Assembly (NCBI GenBank): GCA_041662745.1
Contig: JBAZRV010000001.1
Coordinates: 90,001 to 122,000 of the forward strand
From: Patescibacteria group bacterium
GTDB lineage: Bacteria; Patescibacteriota; Patescibacteriia; 2-01-FULL-39-33
DNA: 32,000 nucleotides
Direction of reading: 5' to 3'
The translations under genes were made by a program, and so were the position numbers. Position 1 is the first letter of the stretch. Each line of letters opens with the position of its first letter. Positions 1 to 8,815 of this stretch are shown here, piece by piece. Below the pieces are notes generated by a model, which saw nothing but the letters and a program-made list of their open reading frames with translations, was not told the origin of the DNA and searched no databases.

Positions 1-361
1 CGAACTTTCACATCCTCGTAACTTTCACCTTCAGGAAAGGGATTTTCGATGCATTCTTCCTCCTGCATCGGTTCGACAATATTCGATGACGCACCGTTCA
101 GCTTGCCGTAATTACATTCGCGAAGTCTCGCATCAGGAATGATTTGATATATACCTTCCCACGCAAGCTTTGCAGAATCATGAGCTCGCTTTAGGTCAGA
201 ACAGAAAACCACATCAAATTTCTGGTCCTTGGTCTGATCTTTGAGCGCAACTGATTGCTGTGCTCCAAGCTCAGAAAGATCAACGTCCTTCCAGCCAGAG
301 GAAATATGCTGTTCGTTGTCAGTTGTGGTTCCGTGTACGAAATAAGTAATTTTGATTGCCA
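1..361 (-). CDS. Histidine phosphatase (phosphoglycerate mutase-like) family protein, N-terminal part, truncated by the window edge
   Basis: Reverse-strand translation from ATG at 361: MAIKITYFVHGTTTDNEQHISSGWKDVDLSELGAQQSVALKDQTKDQKFDVVFCSDLKRAHDSAKLAWEGIYQIIPDARLRECNYGKLNGASSNIVEPMQEE... The FVHG, SDLxRAxxSA and LRExxYGxLNG motifs are typical. Absent from the ORF track because it has no stop inside the window. Confidence 0.85.
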
Positions 362-365
362 TAAA

Positions 366-689
366 TTATTCAACAGTTAGACGACAGACATTGAATCCAT
401 CTTTGCTTTTACAACCAACCCCACACTCATAGTCACCGCGATCTAAATTAGGATCGCCCTTTGCGGTTGCAGAATCTTCCACCCAATCACGACAAGCCTG
501 AACTGAACCGACATCTATTTCGCTTTCCCATTCGGTGAGATTATTGACGTCAGGATAATAGAAGGCATCCACTTTCTCCCATGGGGCATTACTATCTGCC
601 CAAAAAATACCCGCCAAGAACCCCGGAGCAGCAGAAAGCACCCAAACTACGAGCACTACTCCTAAGATCCATTTAATAGCTGTTTTCAT
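366..689 (-). CDS. Small protein with an N-terminal transmembrane/signal segment and Cys residues in the C-terminal part; unknown function
   Basis: 107-aa ORF with a hydrophobic N-terminus, directly upstream of the phosphatase on the same strand. Confidence 0.6.
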   Translation of the reverse strand: MKTAIKWILGVVLVVWVLSAAPGFLAGIFWADSNAPWEKVDAFYYPDVNNLTEWESEIDVGSVQACRDWVEDSATAKGDPNLDRGDYECGVGCKSKDGFNVCRLTVE

Positions 690-731
690 ATGGTTATATG
701 ACTGGCTTTAAAAAGTTCAAAGTTGCCAATC

Positions 732-822
732 TGGCGGAGAGGGGGAGATTCGAACTCCCGAGGGGCTATAAACCCCTGCCGCTTTTCGAGAGCGGTACCT
801 TCAACCACTCAGACACCTCTCC
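732..822 (-). tRNA. tRNA-Ser (anticodon CGA), class II, CCA encoded
   Basis: Reverse complement GGAGAGGTGTCTGAGTGGTTGAAGGTACCGCTCTCGAAAAGCGGCAGGGGTTTATAGCCCCTCGGGAGTTCGAATCTCCCCCTCTCCGCCA; acceptor GGAGAGG/CCTCTCC, anticodon arm CCGCT-CTCGAAA-AGCGG, long variable arm. Confidence 0.93.
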
Positions 823-830
823 AAAATAAA

Positions 831-2126
831 TCACTTCTTATACCTGATGTTTAAGGTTGATACGGCCAGAAGTATCCAAACCAATAAAGACAAGTCATTC
901 TTAAAATAAGGCACGTCCACCAATCCATGGATCACGATTTCCAAAGCTACGGCCATAAAAACCACGCTGGCAATCTTATCAAACGGCCATTCCTGGCTGT
1001 AGCGCCAAACAATGGAAAAAATATTCTTCAGATTGTCATAAACAAACTTGCCCGCCAGCCACAAAAAAGCGCCGATACCCAAAACTCCGACTTCGCTCCA
1101 AAAATTAAACAGAATATTGTGCGGGTAAGGAAACACCTCAAACCAATGGGTATGATAAGGCAAAATAGAGGCCGGATAGCCGGCCAAACCGCCGCCGAAA
1201 AACCAATGATCCTTAAGCATCTGCCGGGTTTCGCCCCAGATTAACCGGCGGATAAAACCGGAGTAATCCTGCAAGGATACCTTTTGCCAAATCAAATCGC
1301 GCCAACCGCTGTTAAGCAGAACAATTGTAGCGGAAAAGACCAAAAATATCAAGGCATAGCCGCGGGAACGGCGGTTAAACAAAAGCAGTAAGAAACTGAC
1401 TGCTAAAACAGCCAGGATAGCGCCCTCTGATTGCGCCAAGACAATAACGCTGAAGCCGACGATAATAACCAGCCATTTCAGCCACTGTCGCTGGCGGTTG
1501 GACAGATAAAGCAACAGCGAATCTTGGTTGCGATAAAACAAAAAACCGACGAAGGCGATAATAATCGGCCCGAAAAACAAGCCCAGGGCGTTGGGGTAAC
1601 CATAAGTGCCGACCACCCGGTCAACGCTGCCGGTAGCGGTTAAAAACGCTTGGGGCACACCCCAACCGGTGAGTTTTTGCGCGTAACAAATCAGTCCCAT
1701 GTATAACACCGACAAGCCCAAACTCCAAAAAACCCCCTCTATCTGCCGGCGGACATCAACTAATGAAATCAAAATGAAATAAAACATGATCGGCTCCGCA
1801 AAATACGCTTTCCAGGCGCCTAAGGCCTTTAACGGCAGAGGCGAGACAAAAACCGCAATCGTAACAGCAATCAAAACCGCCAAGGCCGGATAAAACAAAG
1901 GATCGGATTTGATGACCGACCAATGGAAGTTCCTTTTCAATAAAACGACAATAAATAAAATCAGCACCATTGCCTCCAGCCAAGTAAAAGGAATGGTAAA
2001 AATCTGAAAACGCACGACATAGGTCGGCAATAAGGCAGTAATCAGGTAAGCGGCCCATAACGGACGAAAATAGGCCAGAAAGAAAAACAGGATAGCGGCC
2101 AAACCGATAAGGAACATTGACGCCAT
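831..2126 (-). CDS. O-antigen ligase/polymerase-like polytopic membrane protein
   Basis: 431 aa with many TM segments and a large extracytoplasmic loop containing KDHWFFGGG...H(T)HWFEVFPYPHNILFNFWSEVGVLG, typical of the O-antigen ligase superfamily. Confidence 0.8.
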   Translation of the reverse strand: MASMFLIGLAAILFFFLAYFRPLWAAYLITALLPTYVVRFQIFTIPFTWLEAMVLILFIVVLLKRNFHWSVIKSDPLFYPALAVLIAVTIAVFVSPLPLKALGAWKAYFAEPIMFYFILISLVDVRRQIEGVFWSLGLSVLYMGLICYAQKLTGWGVPQAFLTATGSVDRVVGTYGYPNALGLFFGPIIIAFVGFLFYRNQDSLLLYLSNRQRQWLKWLVIIVGFSVIVLAQSEGAILAVLAVSFLLLLFNRRSRGYALIFLVFSATIVLLNSGWRDLIWQKVSLQDYSGFIRRLIWGETRQMLKDHWFFGGGLAGYPASILPYHTHWFEVFPYPHNILFNFWSEVGVLGIGAFLWLAGKFVYDNLKNIFSIVWRYSQEWPFDKIASVVFMAVALEIVIHGLVDVPYFKNDLSLLVWILLAVSTLNIRYKK

Positions 2127-2132
2127 ATGATT

Positions 2133-3554
2133 TTATATTTTTTTTAATTTAATCATGTCCAGCACTTCGCTCTTATTATAACCCCTAAACAAATAGAGGG
2201 CCAAAAAATAAATAATCGCGCCGGCCAGCACTAAAGTCAAAATATTCTGATTCAATAACGGATATAAACATAAACCCATAACCGCCGAAGCCAGGACGGC
2301 TTTCCAAAAAGCCCTTAAACTAATCCTGGTTTTGGTTTCGCGACGCAAAATATAAAAAGCCGATAAAGTGATGATCGCTTCCGTTGCTACGGTCAGGATT
2401 GCCCCAGCCCAATAAGAGAATATGGGAATAAAAATCAAATAAGCGGCCAAAGAGAACACGGCGTCAAAAAGATAAAAGCTGATCATTTTCTTCTGCAGAC
2501 CGCAGGCCACAATGGCATAGCCGGCCAAAGCGCCGAAATAAATCATGGCCGCTCCGACGATCAAAATCCTTAACGGTCCGGCGGCGATAATAAAATCCGC
2601 TCCGGCCACAAACCCCATAATTTTTTCCGCTAACAGCCAAGTGGCTATGACCATGGGTACGGCCAAAATAGCCATAAAATCAAAAGACTTTTGCAGGGTC
2701 TTTTCAAACAGCCCTTTGCTGGTCAAATAAAACTCGGTTAACAGAGGCAAAATCAAACCGAGAAACAAGTAAGGAAACTGAATCAGCGTTTCCAACACCT
2801 TATAGGCCGCGCCATAAATGCCGACATCTTCAGCCGGCCGAACCAAAGATAAAATAATCGTATCGGCGCGAAAATACACCAGGGTCAAAGAAATGGTAAT
2901 GGCTAACGGCCAGGACACTTCCCATATCTGCCGCCAAACTTTAAAATCCGCTTCCAATCTCAAACTCAAATGTTTGCGCGCTTTGATTGCCAAATATAAA
3001 AAGTTCACCAGACTGCCCAAAGACACGGCGGCAATGACAGCCAACAACCCCAAATCGGCGGCAACAGCCAGCCAGACGCCAAGAAGTAAAATAAACCTGC
3101 CCCAAACTTCGGCAATGGCCACTTCCGCCATAGCCATCTGCTTCTGATATAGGCCGATCAAAACCGATTGCAAAGAAATGAAGAAAAAGGAGAGGGAGGC
3201 CACGCCGACACCCAGCTTAACGGCCAACGGATAAGGTAAAAACCAAATCAGGGCCGAGGCCGTACCCAAAAAAACTACGGCGGAAAGCAGGCGGACAGTC
3301 AGGATATTGGCAAAAATCTTATGTTGATTCGCACCGGGACGAGAAAGCATCTGGGCGGTAGTCATCTGCAGGCCGAAATCAATCAAGACGCCAAAAAACT
3401 GCAAAAAAGAAATAACGGTGGTGTAATAACCGAAACCTTCACGCCCCAAATAACGCGTCATCAAAGCGATAGTGACCAAACCCAAAACCGTACCGGCGAT
3501 TTTGCCGCTGATTTGCCAAAAAGTATTCTGCGCGATTTTTGCCGCTAAACCCAT
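2133..3554 (-). CDS. Polysaccharide flippase (Wzx/MATE-like, oligosaccharide translocase family)
   Basis: 473 aa, about 12-14 TM; N-terminus 'NTFWQISGKIAGTVLGLVTIALMTRYLGREGFGYYTTVISFLQFFGVLIDFGL' is characteristic of the family. Confidence 0.88.
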   Translation of the reverse strand: MGLAAKIAQNTFWQISGKIAGTVLGLVTIALMTRYLGREGFGYYTTVISFLQFFGVLIDFGLQMTTAQMLSRPGANQHKIFANILTVRLLSAVVFLGTASALIWFLPYPLAVKLGVGVASLSFFFISLQSVLIGLYQKQMAMAEVAIAEVWGRFILLLGVWLAVAADLGLLAVIAAVSLGSLVNFLYLAIKARKHLSLRLEADFKVWRQIWEVSWPLAITISLTLVYFRADTIILSLVRPAEDVGIYGAAYKVLETLIQFPYLFLGLILPLLTEFYLTSKGLFEKTLQKSFDFMAILAVPMVIATWLLAEKIMGFVAGADFIIAAGPLRILIVGAAMIYFGALAGYAIVACGLQKKMISFYLFDAVFSLAAYLIFIPIFSYWAGAILTVATEAIITLSAFYILRRETKTRISLRAFWKAVLASAVMGLCLYPLLNQNILTLVLAGAIIYFLALYLFRGYNKSEVLDMIKLKKI

Positions 3555-3563
3555 AAATTAATT

Positions 3564-4583
3564 TTATTGCGCCCAAAGTTTTTTCGTCTCATCCCAATAG
3601 CCGTGATAATCCTTTTCCGTTTTCATGTAATACCACCATTCCGCGCCCCACAAATAAGCCTCATCAAAACCGGCGCGGCGGGTAAAGGAAATGTTTTCTT
3701 TGAGTTGCTGCAAGCTCATGGACAAATTATGGTCGGCCAAGGACATCTGAGCCAAATTGACATTGGGCTTATGCCAGCTTTCCGCTTGCAATTCGGCCAC
3801 AATGACTTTTTGGATCGGCGTAAACCATTTTATCAACTGCACCCGCGCCCAATAAAAGGCCGGGGGCGTAAACCAACGGAAATAGCCGATTTGCGGATTA
3901 TACACCACGCGATACAAAGTTGATCCCAAAACTTCTCCGCCGACATGGGAAATCGGCCACCAAGTGGACAACTCGCCGCTGTCGGTGACTAAAATCGGCT
4001 TAGCTGTCAATTTTTTTACTTGAGCAATCTCCTCTTTTAACAACGGTTTGTTGGGTGGCGGACAGATGCCGAAAGTGGACAGAAACGGTTCATTCTCCAC
4101 TTGGAAATATTTGATCTGCTGGTTATCCTTATATCTGCCGACCACCGCCTGGACGAACTTTAACTGGACTTCTTCGGCGTCAATCGCTTTCAAATCCTTA
4201 AGCCAAATCGGATCGTGGCATTCCGGCCAACGCGGCAAACGGCGCCCGACCGCCAAAACTATTTTTATCTGACGTTTGGACGCCTCGTTAATCTGCCAAT
4301 CCAAATCCTTAAAATCATAACGGCCCCTGACCGTCTCAACCTGATTCCAATAAGCGGACAAGCGAATATTATCAACTTTCAAATCATCTAGAATGGCCAG
4401 ATATGTTTTTTGCCAATCCAATCCTAATTCGGTCTGCGCATAGACCGAAGAAAAAGTTACGCCCCACTCCAGATGCCTCCGAGAAAAATCAAGGGAATAA
4501 CTGGCTATTATCCCGCCGATTAAAGCCAATAAAATTATGCAAACTGTCGCTAAAAACCAATGGCGACGCAAAAAAAATATCAT
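3564..4583 (-). CDS. Membrane-anchored glycoside-hydrolase-like protein (TIM-barrel, clan GH-A-like)
   Basis: 339 aa; N-terminal TM followed by 'NIRLSAYWNQVE', 'YFQVENEPF' (acid/base NEP motif) and 'YLWGAEWWYY' near the C-terminus. Confidence 0.7.
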   Translation of the reverse strand: MIFFLRRHWFLATVCIILLALIGGIIASYSLDFSRRHLEWGVTFSSVYAQTELGLDWQKTYLAILDDLKVDNIRLSAYWNQVETVRGRYDFKDLDWQINEASKRQIKIVLAVGRRLPRWPECHDPIWLKDLKAIDAEEVQLKFVQAVVGRYKDNQQIKYFQVENEPFLSTFGICPPPNKPLLKEEIAQVKKLTAKPILVTDSGELSTWWPISHVGGEVLGSTLYRVVYNPQIGYFRWFTPPAFYWARVQLIKWFTPIQKVIVAELQAESWHKPNVNLAQMSLADHNLSMSLQQLKENISFTRRAGFDEAYLWGAEWWYYMKTEKDYHGYWDETKKLWAQ

Positions 4584-4608
4584 AGTATTTAATGGATTAC
4601 TGATTGTT

Positions 4609-5502
4609 TCATAAGGCTAAAATAGCCAGGCCCGCGACAATGAAAGCCGTAGCAATAATTTTCTGCCACAAAATTTTCCTAGTCATTTTTTCTTTCATGG
4701 CGCCGGGTTGGATCCTTTGCACTGCTATGACAATAAGCAATAAAAAGACATACTGCAATCCTTGCAGGGCATTAATGATAGCCGTCGCGCCGACAGAAAT
4801 GGCGATGGCAAAATTAACCAAGATTGACGATAGGGCGCCCGAAGTCTGACCGAAAAGCAAAAGTCCGCTGGTCTGTTTCTGGGGACGGCGCACGACGGCA
4901 AAAAAAGAGCGTCGATGGCGCGGCCAGGCAAACAGGCATAAGGCGAATAATAAGGCGCCGAGACGCGTCATGACAAAGGGCGTGATAAAACTACCTTGAG
5001 AATTGTAAGCGTATTTGGCGATAATCAACGAGACGGCAAACAGTATGGCGGAAAAAATAGCGGCGCCATAAGCGACTTTGTCGGCCTTACCCTTGCCATA
5101 AGAAATCAGCACCGTGCCCATGATGATAACAAAAAAAGCCAACAAAAATTTTTCAGATACGGCCTCACCGACGAACAGCCAAGCCAAAGGCAAAACGATT
5201 AAAGGTTGCAAACCGCCTAAAAAAGGAATGATGCGCGAAGCCTCGCCTCTGTTTAGGGCGACAAACATCAGATAAATTCCGGCGCCGAATAAAAAACCGG
5301 AAATCAACTCCCAAGCCAATTGCGAGCCGGTCGGCTGGGACCAATCAAACGGCAAAAGCACCAGCGCCAGAATTCCCAAAAAAGAAATGATGATGGTATA
5401 AACGGCGGGATTGGGAATTTTTTTATTGAGCAGGAATTTATCAGTCGCCAGAGCGGCGGCGTTTAGGGCGTACGAAATAATAGTAATAGGCAACCAAAAC
5501 AT
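4609..5502 (-). CDS. EamA/DMT-family transporter
   Basis: 297 aa, about 10 TM in two related halves; 'ALNRGEASRIIPFLGGLQPLIVLPLAWLFVGEAVS' and a second EamA-type half. Confidence 0.82.
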   Translation of the reverse strand: MFWLPITIISYALNAAALATDKFLLNKKIPNPAVYTIIISFLGILALVLLPFDWSQPTGSQLAWELISGFLFGAGIYLMFVALNRGEASRIIPFLGGLQPLIVLPLAWLFVGEAVSEKFLLAFFVIIMGTVLISYGKGKADKVAYGAAIFSAILFAVSLIIAKYAYNSQGSFITPFVMTRLGALLFALCLFAWPRHRRSFFAVVRRPQKQTSGLLLFGQTSGALSSILVNFAIAISVGATAIINALQGLQYVFLLLIVIAVQRIQPGAMKEKMTRKILWQKIIATAFIVAGLAILAL

Positions 5503-5606
5503 AAATAATTTTTAGGAATTACAAACTTTTTATTTTTTTATAAATAACCTCTAATTTTTCCTTTTAACCTATATATCATACCATAATCCGTCATTTTGCG
5601 CCAAAC

Positions 5607-5646
5607 AAAAAACGACTCCCGCCGGCACGACAAATAGCGGGAGCCG
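5607..5646 (-). terminator. Rho-independent terminator downstream of the GerMN gene
   Basis: Minus strand CGGCTCCCGC...GCGGGAGTCG followed by TTTTTTG. Confidence 0.65.
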
Positions 5647-5660
5647 AAAACAAGTTGCTA

Positions 5661-6710
5661 TTATGGCTGAAGGATCTGATCTTGCTGGCAATTGCCGTCA
5701 ATGCAGATCTTGACTGACTGGACTTGGGCAAATTGCATCAGGGTATTGGTGATTTGCGACCTGATGGCGGTAACGGCGCAAGAACCGGCGGCCTTGTCCA
5801 ATTGGGAATCAAAATTCACTTCCAATGTCCCGTCATCATCAAGCTTAACATATTTTAAGCGGGTTCCCAAGGGAATGGCGGAATAATAGCCGGCGGCTTT
5901 GTCTGCGGAGGACAATGGTTGCAACAAACCGATTACCGTATTAACGATATTGGAATCAAACTTATCATCAATCTCCCTCTCCAAGGGTTCCACTTTGGAG
6001 CAATCGCTGGAATTGGCATTTTTAACCGTATTGCTATAATAAGCGATGACTTTTGTTGTCGGCCAGACCGGCACATCGTCACTGGTTACATTGACTTTTA
6101 TTTCTTCGGGAACTTCTTCAATAATGCTGACTTTGCCATCCTCCAGCGTTGTGGAGACTCTGACCGAACCATCGCCTTCGGCGACCTGGCCTTGGCTCAT
6201 ATTGCTGACAATCAGCCAAATAACCGCAATAACTATAAGCAAAGCAATCACTGCAGCCGCGATAGTCTTTGGCTGCGGCCGATCGGATTTGATAATTCCT
6301 TCTTTTTCAATTCGTTCCGGCTGTTTTTCCATTTCAACCTCCGGCTTCTCCTTGACTTCATCCGGTTCTTTTACCGGTTCGTTACTTTTCGCGACCGGCG
6401 TTGTCTCGGCTTCCGGCTTAATTTCAGCCTTGCTCGTTGACGCCTCATTCTCCATGGCCGACGCTATTTCAGTTGTCACCGCCTCATCTATCGTTTCAAT
6501 CGGTTTGTTTGATTCCTCCGCCACGGATTTTTCCGCAATAGCCCCTCCGGTTTCCTCTGCTTTTATTTCCTCTGTCTCCGCCATGGTTTCTAACGGAGCC
6601 GATTCTGCCACCGAAACAACGGTATCGTCAACCGGCGCAATCGCCTGTTCTTGATTATCCGGTTGGCCGTCAAGAGGCAAGGCGGATTGGGTTTTTTCTT
6701 CTTCAGTCAT
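5661..6710 (-). CDS. GerMN domain-containing single-pass membrane protein with a long acidic, low-complexity N-terminal cytoplasmic region
   Basis: 349 aa; Glu/Pro/Lys-rich N-terminus, TM 'TIAAAVIALLIVIAVIWLIV', C-terminal GerMN-like 'TRLKYVKLDDDGTLEVNFDSQLDKAAGSCAVTAIRSQITNTLMQFAQVQSVKICIDG'. Confidence 0.8.
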   Translation of the reverse strand: MTEEEKTQSALPLDGQPDNQEQAIAPVDDTVVSVAESAPLETMAETEEIKAEETGGAIAEKSVAEESNKPIETIDEAVTTEIASAMENEASTSKAEIKPEAETTPVAKSNEPVKEPDEVKEKPEVEMEKQPERIEKEGIIKSDRPQPKTIAAAVIALLIVIAVIWLIVSNMSQGQVAEGDGSVRVSTTLEDGKVSIIEEVPEEIKVNVTSDDVPVWPTTKVIAYYSNTVKNANSSDCSKVEPLEREIDDKFDSNIVNTVIGLLQPLSSADKAAGYYSAIPLGTRLKYVKLDDDGTLEVNFDSQLDKAAGSCAVTAIRSQITNTLMQFAQVQSVKICIDGNCQQDQILQP

Positions 6711-6722
6711 ATATTTTTATAG

Positions 6723-6986
6723 CTAATTGACTAATAACAGCTTGGCCAAATTATATACCATTACCGCCAAACCCGCAAGAAAAGAAAAAAACATCAATTT
6801 TCTCATATAAACGGCGGGTTCGCCATCTATATTATGGGTTAAATAATAAATCAAGGCGCAAGCGCCGAGAAACAAGACGGAAAACATGACCAGACCGAAC
6901 ACTTTATTGCCCCAAATAAAAATCAAAGCCGCTAAAATCAATAGGGCGTAAAAAACATAAATTGCCGAAGAGATGACTATTTCCAT
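6723..6986 (-). CDS. Small three-TM hypothetical membrane protein
   Basis: 87-aa ORF just upstream of and co-oriented with the GerMN gene. Confidence 0.6.
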   Translation of the reverse strand: MEIVISSAIYVFYALLILAALIFIWGNKVFGLVMFSVLFLGACALIYYLTHNIDGEPAVYMRKLMFFSFLAGLAVMVYNLAKLLLVN

Positions 6987-7073
6987 ATAATCTTAATTTA
7001 GGTTAAAAATACGGATCAGTCAAGGGTAATAAACAAAAAAATAATAAAAACCGCCATAGAGACAGCTCAGGGA

Positions 7074-7103
7074 CGGTTTTTTAATTAAGCGGGTAAGGAG
7101 AGT
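7074..7103 (-). repeat. Direct-repeat copy 1: 30-nt duplicate of the tRNA-Gly 3' end plus terminator arm (no full tRNA)
   Basis: cggttttttaattaagcgggtaaggagagt, identical to 7285-7314, which overlaps the real tRNA 3' end. Confidence 0.85.
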
Positions 7104-7265
7104 TATTCGCTCTCACCAGCCGCCAAAAAGCGGCAGGTTCGTTTGTCCTGGGTAGCCGCCGGACGCTCCCAATGGTCGCGTCTGTCGTCGCTCGATTACT
7201 CGGTTTCGCTTCCGCTGCACCTCACATCTCGCTCGCTACCTAGTTCGACTCTCGCCATCTGTAAT

Positions 7266-7296
7266 TAAAAAACCGCCCAATGGGCGGTTTTTTAAT
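7266..7296. terminator. Bidirectional rho-independent terminator
   Basis: ttaaaaaaccgccc aat gggcggttttttaa, perfect inverted repeat with A/T tracts on both sides. Confidence 0.85.
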
Positions 7297-7298
7297 TA

Positions 7299-7370
7299 AG
7301 CGGGTAAGGAGAGTCGAACTCCTGTCACGAGTTTGGAAAACTCGGATAATAACCGTTATATGATACCCGC
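7299..7370 (-). tRNA. tRNA-Gly (anticodon TCC)
   Basis: Reverse complement GCGGGTATCATATAACGGTTATTATCCGAGTTTTCCAAACTCGTGACAGGAGTTCGACTCTCCTTACCCGCT; cloverleaf closes, anticodon arm CGAGT-TTTCCAA-ACTCG. Confidence 0.93.
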
Positions 7371-7412
7371 AATCTGGGGTTATATTAACATAAATCATCA
7401 GAATAATCAAGC

Positions 7413-7441
7413 TTGACAAATAATCGGTTTTAATATTAAAT
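7413..7441 (+). promoter_or_regulatory. Putative sigma70-type promoter for the small Cys-rich gene cluster
   Basis: TTGACA-17 nt-TTAAAT about 45 nt upstream of ATG 7487. Confidence 0.5.
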
Positions 7442-7486
7442 ACAAGAATAAGATGAACTTTGACAAAAATTGAAGGGGGGGTAAAA

Positions 7487-7777
7487 ATGGCTTCAAAGAA
7501 AAAAATTTTAGTTGAATGGCTACGGGAAGAATCTGTCTGTCCTGATGATCGCTCGCCACACTTCGGAAAATTCTGTCTCTGCGCGATATGCCGGCCCGAG
7601 AATTATTGTATCCCGGACGGAGGCGGTTGCGTAGAATGCGACGGACCGGTTACCGAATGTGGCGGACCCACCGCCAAAGAAGAGGAAGAGGAGGAGAAAA
7701 ACAGGTATGCTTACGAAAATCAACAACTAAGACAAGGCGAGGAGACAAACCATGACCACCGTCCTACCCAAAAATAA
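7487..7777 (+). CDS. Small Cys-rich protein (putative zinc-binding)
   Basis: MASKKKILVEWLREESVCPDDRSPHFGKFCLCAICRPENYCIPDGGGCVECDGPVTECGG...; start chosen because of the adjacent SD-like AAGGGGGGG; the track ORF at 7460 lacks this support. Confidence 0.7.
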   Translation: MASKKKILVEWLREESVCPDDRSPHFGKFCLCAICRPENYCIPDGGGCVECDGPVTECGGPTAKEEEEEEKNRYAYENQQLRQGEETNHDHRPTQK

Positions 7778-8165
7778 AAAATCAGCCAAAAATGCAACCG
7801 CGTCTTTCGGTCAGATCTGCGCCATTTGCAAGCATCAAGATCAAGGCGGTCTTCACCCTGATCCTAACGGCAGCATAAGGATAAAAATAAAAAGGGCCGG
7901 CCAAGAATTTCATTTGTGCGAACATTGCGTCCGAGAAACCATCAACGCCGAACGACGACGCATCTATAGGCAAAATCATTGGGCGCTTAACGAGTTGAAA
8001 AGGATAAAAAAACATAAAAATCGTCCAAGTAGCATCAAAATAACAACCCAACAATCAACTCCACGGCAACCCACGGATGATGAACTGATTGACCAAATCA
8101 TGGAACGCAGTCCTCACCGATCGCGGCCCATCCATCCCGGCGCCGAAAGATTCCGACGGGATTAA
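7752..8165 (+). CDS. Small zinc-ribbon-like protein (CxxC...CxxC)
   Basis: 'FGQICAICKHQDQGGLHPDPNG...FHLCEHCVRETINAERR'; SD GGCGAGGAGA before ATG 7752; overlaps the preceding gene. Confidence 0.7.
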   Translation: MTTVLPKNKKSAKNATASFGQICAICKHQDQGGLHPDPNGSIRIKIKRAGQEFHLCEHCVRETINAERRRIYRQNHWALNELKRIKKHKNRPSSIKITTQQSTPRQPTDDELIDQIMERSPHRSRPIHPGAERFRRD

Positions 8166-8190
8166 GCCAAAAAAGAGAGGGGAAACAGCA

Positions 8191-8409
8191 ATGCCAAAAC
8201 TAAACATTACGGCTGAGGTTGTAATTGAATTACAAGATGAAAGTCCAAATAGAAATGCCCGGATAGAAATTAAAACGACTGATACCTTGCTTGGCCTTTA
8301 TGAAGCGGTAACGGTTTCGCAAAAAGACGCTGATGGCAAAACTTATCCGATTATTATCTTTAGGGAAATACCCATCGTAGAAGGATCGCCCTTAGAATCA
8401 ACTTATTAG
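8191..8409 (+). CDS. Small hypothetical protein
   Basis: MPKLNITAEVVIELQDESPNRNARIEIKTTDTLLGLYEAVTVSQKDADGKTYPIIIFREIPIVEGSPLESTY; SD agagagggg upstream of ATG 8191 (track ORF starts earlier at 8089). Confidence 0.6.
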   Translation: MPKLNITAEVVIELQDESPNRNARIEIKTTDTLLGLYEAVTVSQKDADGKTYPIIIFREIPIVEGSPLESTY

Positions 8410-8462
8410 TTATAAGTGCTTTATCAATCAATTGATTTAGTGGCCGAAAGGATACTAAAACC

Positions 8463-8684
8463 ATGCAAAAACACCCTGTACAAGAAAATCATCATGAAAA
8501 AGAAGTTTGGGTTAACCAAAATACGGAATCACTTCGACGAGAAGAATGCCTTTGTTTAAATTGTAGCGACCTAAAATCCGAAAAACCTGATGGCTGCCCG
8601 GTAGCTAAAAGATTATATGAGATTTGTCTGGGGGCTAACATTGCCCTAGCGGTAACACGTTGCCCCTATTGGGTTAATAACTGA
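8463..8684 (+). CDS. Small Cys-rich hypothetical protein
   Basis: 73 aa with CLCLNC...CP...C...C pattern; SD gaaaggata. Confidence 0.6.
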   Translation: MQKHPVQENHHEKEVWVNQNTESLRREECLCLNCSDLKSEKPDGCPVAKRLYEICLGANIALAVTRCPYWVNN

Positions 8685-8703
8685 AATTAAAAGGTACTTT
8701 ATT

Positions 8704-8731
8704 AGAGCGACTTGTTCGCTCTTTTTTTATT
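8704..8731 (+). terminator. Rho-independent terminator of the small Cys-rich cluster
   Basis: agagcga cttgt tcgctct ttttttatt. Confidence 0.8.
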
Positions 8732-8815
8732 AACATAAACGACTACAACTGTCGAAAATTTTCGACAGGAATCAGCTAATTTTTAAAAAACACTGATAAA
8801 TAATCATTTATAAAC

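Noticed and set aside
927-6654. Plus-strand ORFs antisense to the polysaccharide locus and GerMN gene (e.g. 927, 2545, 2818, 5919, 6046)
   Set aside because: Antisense shadows of clear membrane-protein genes.
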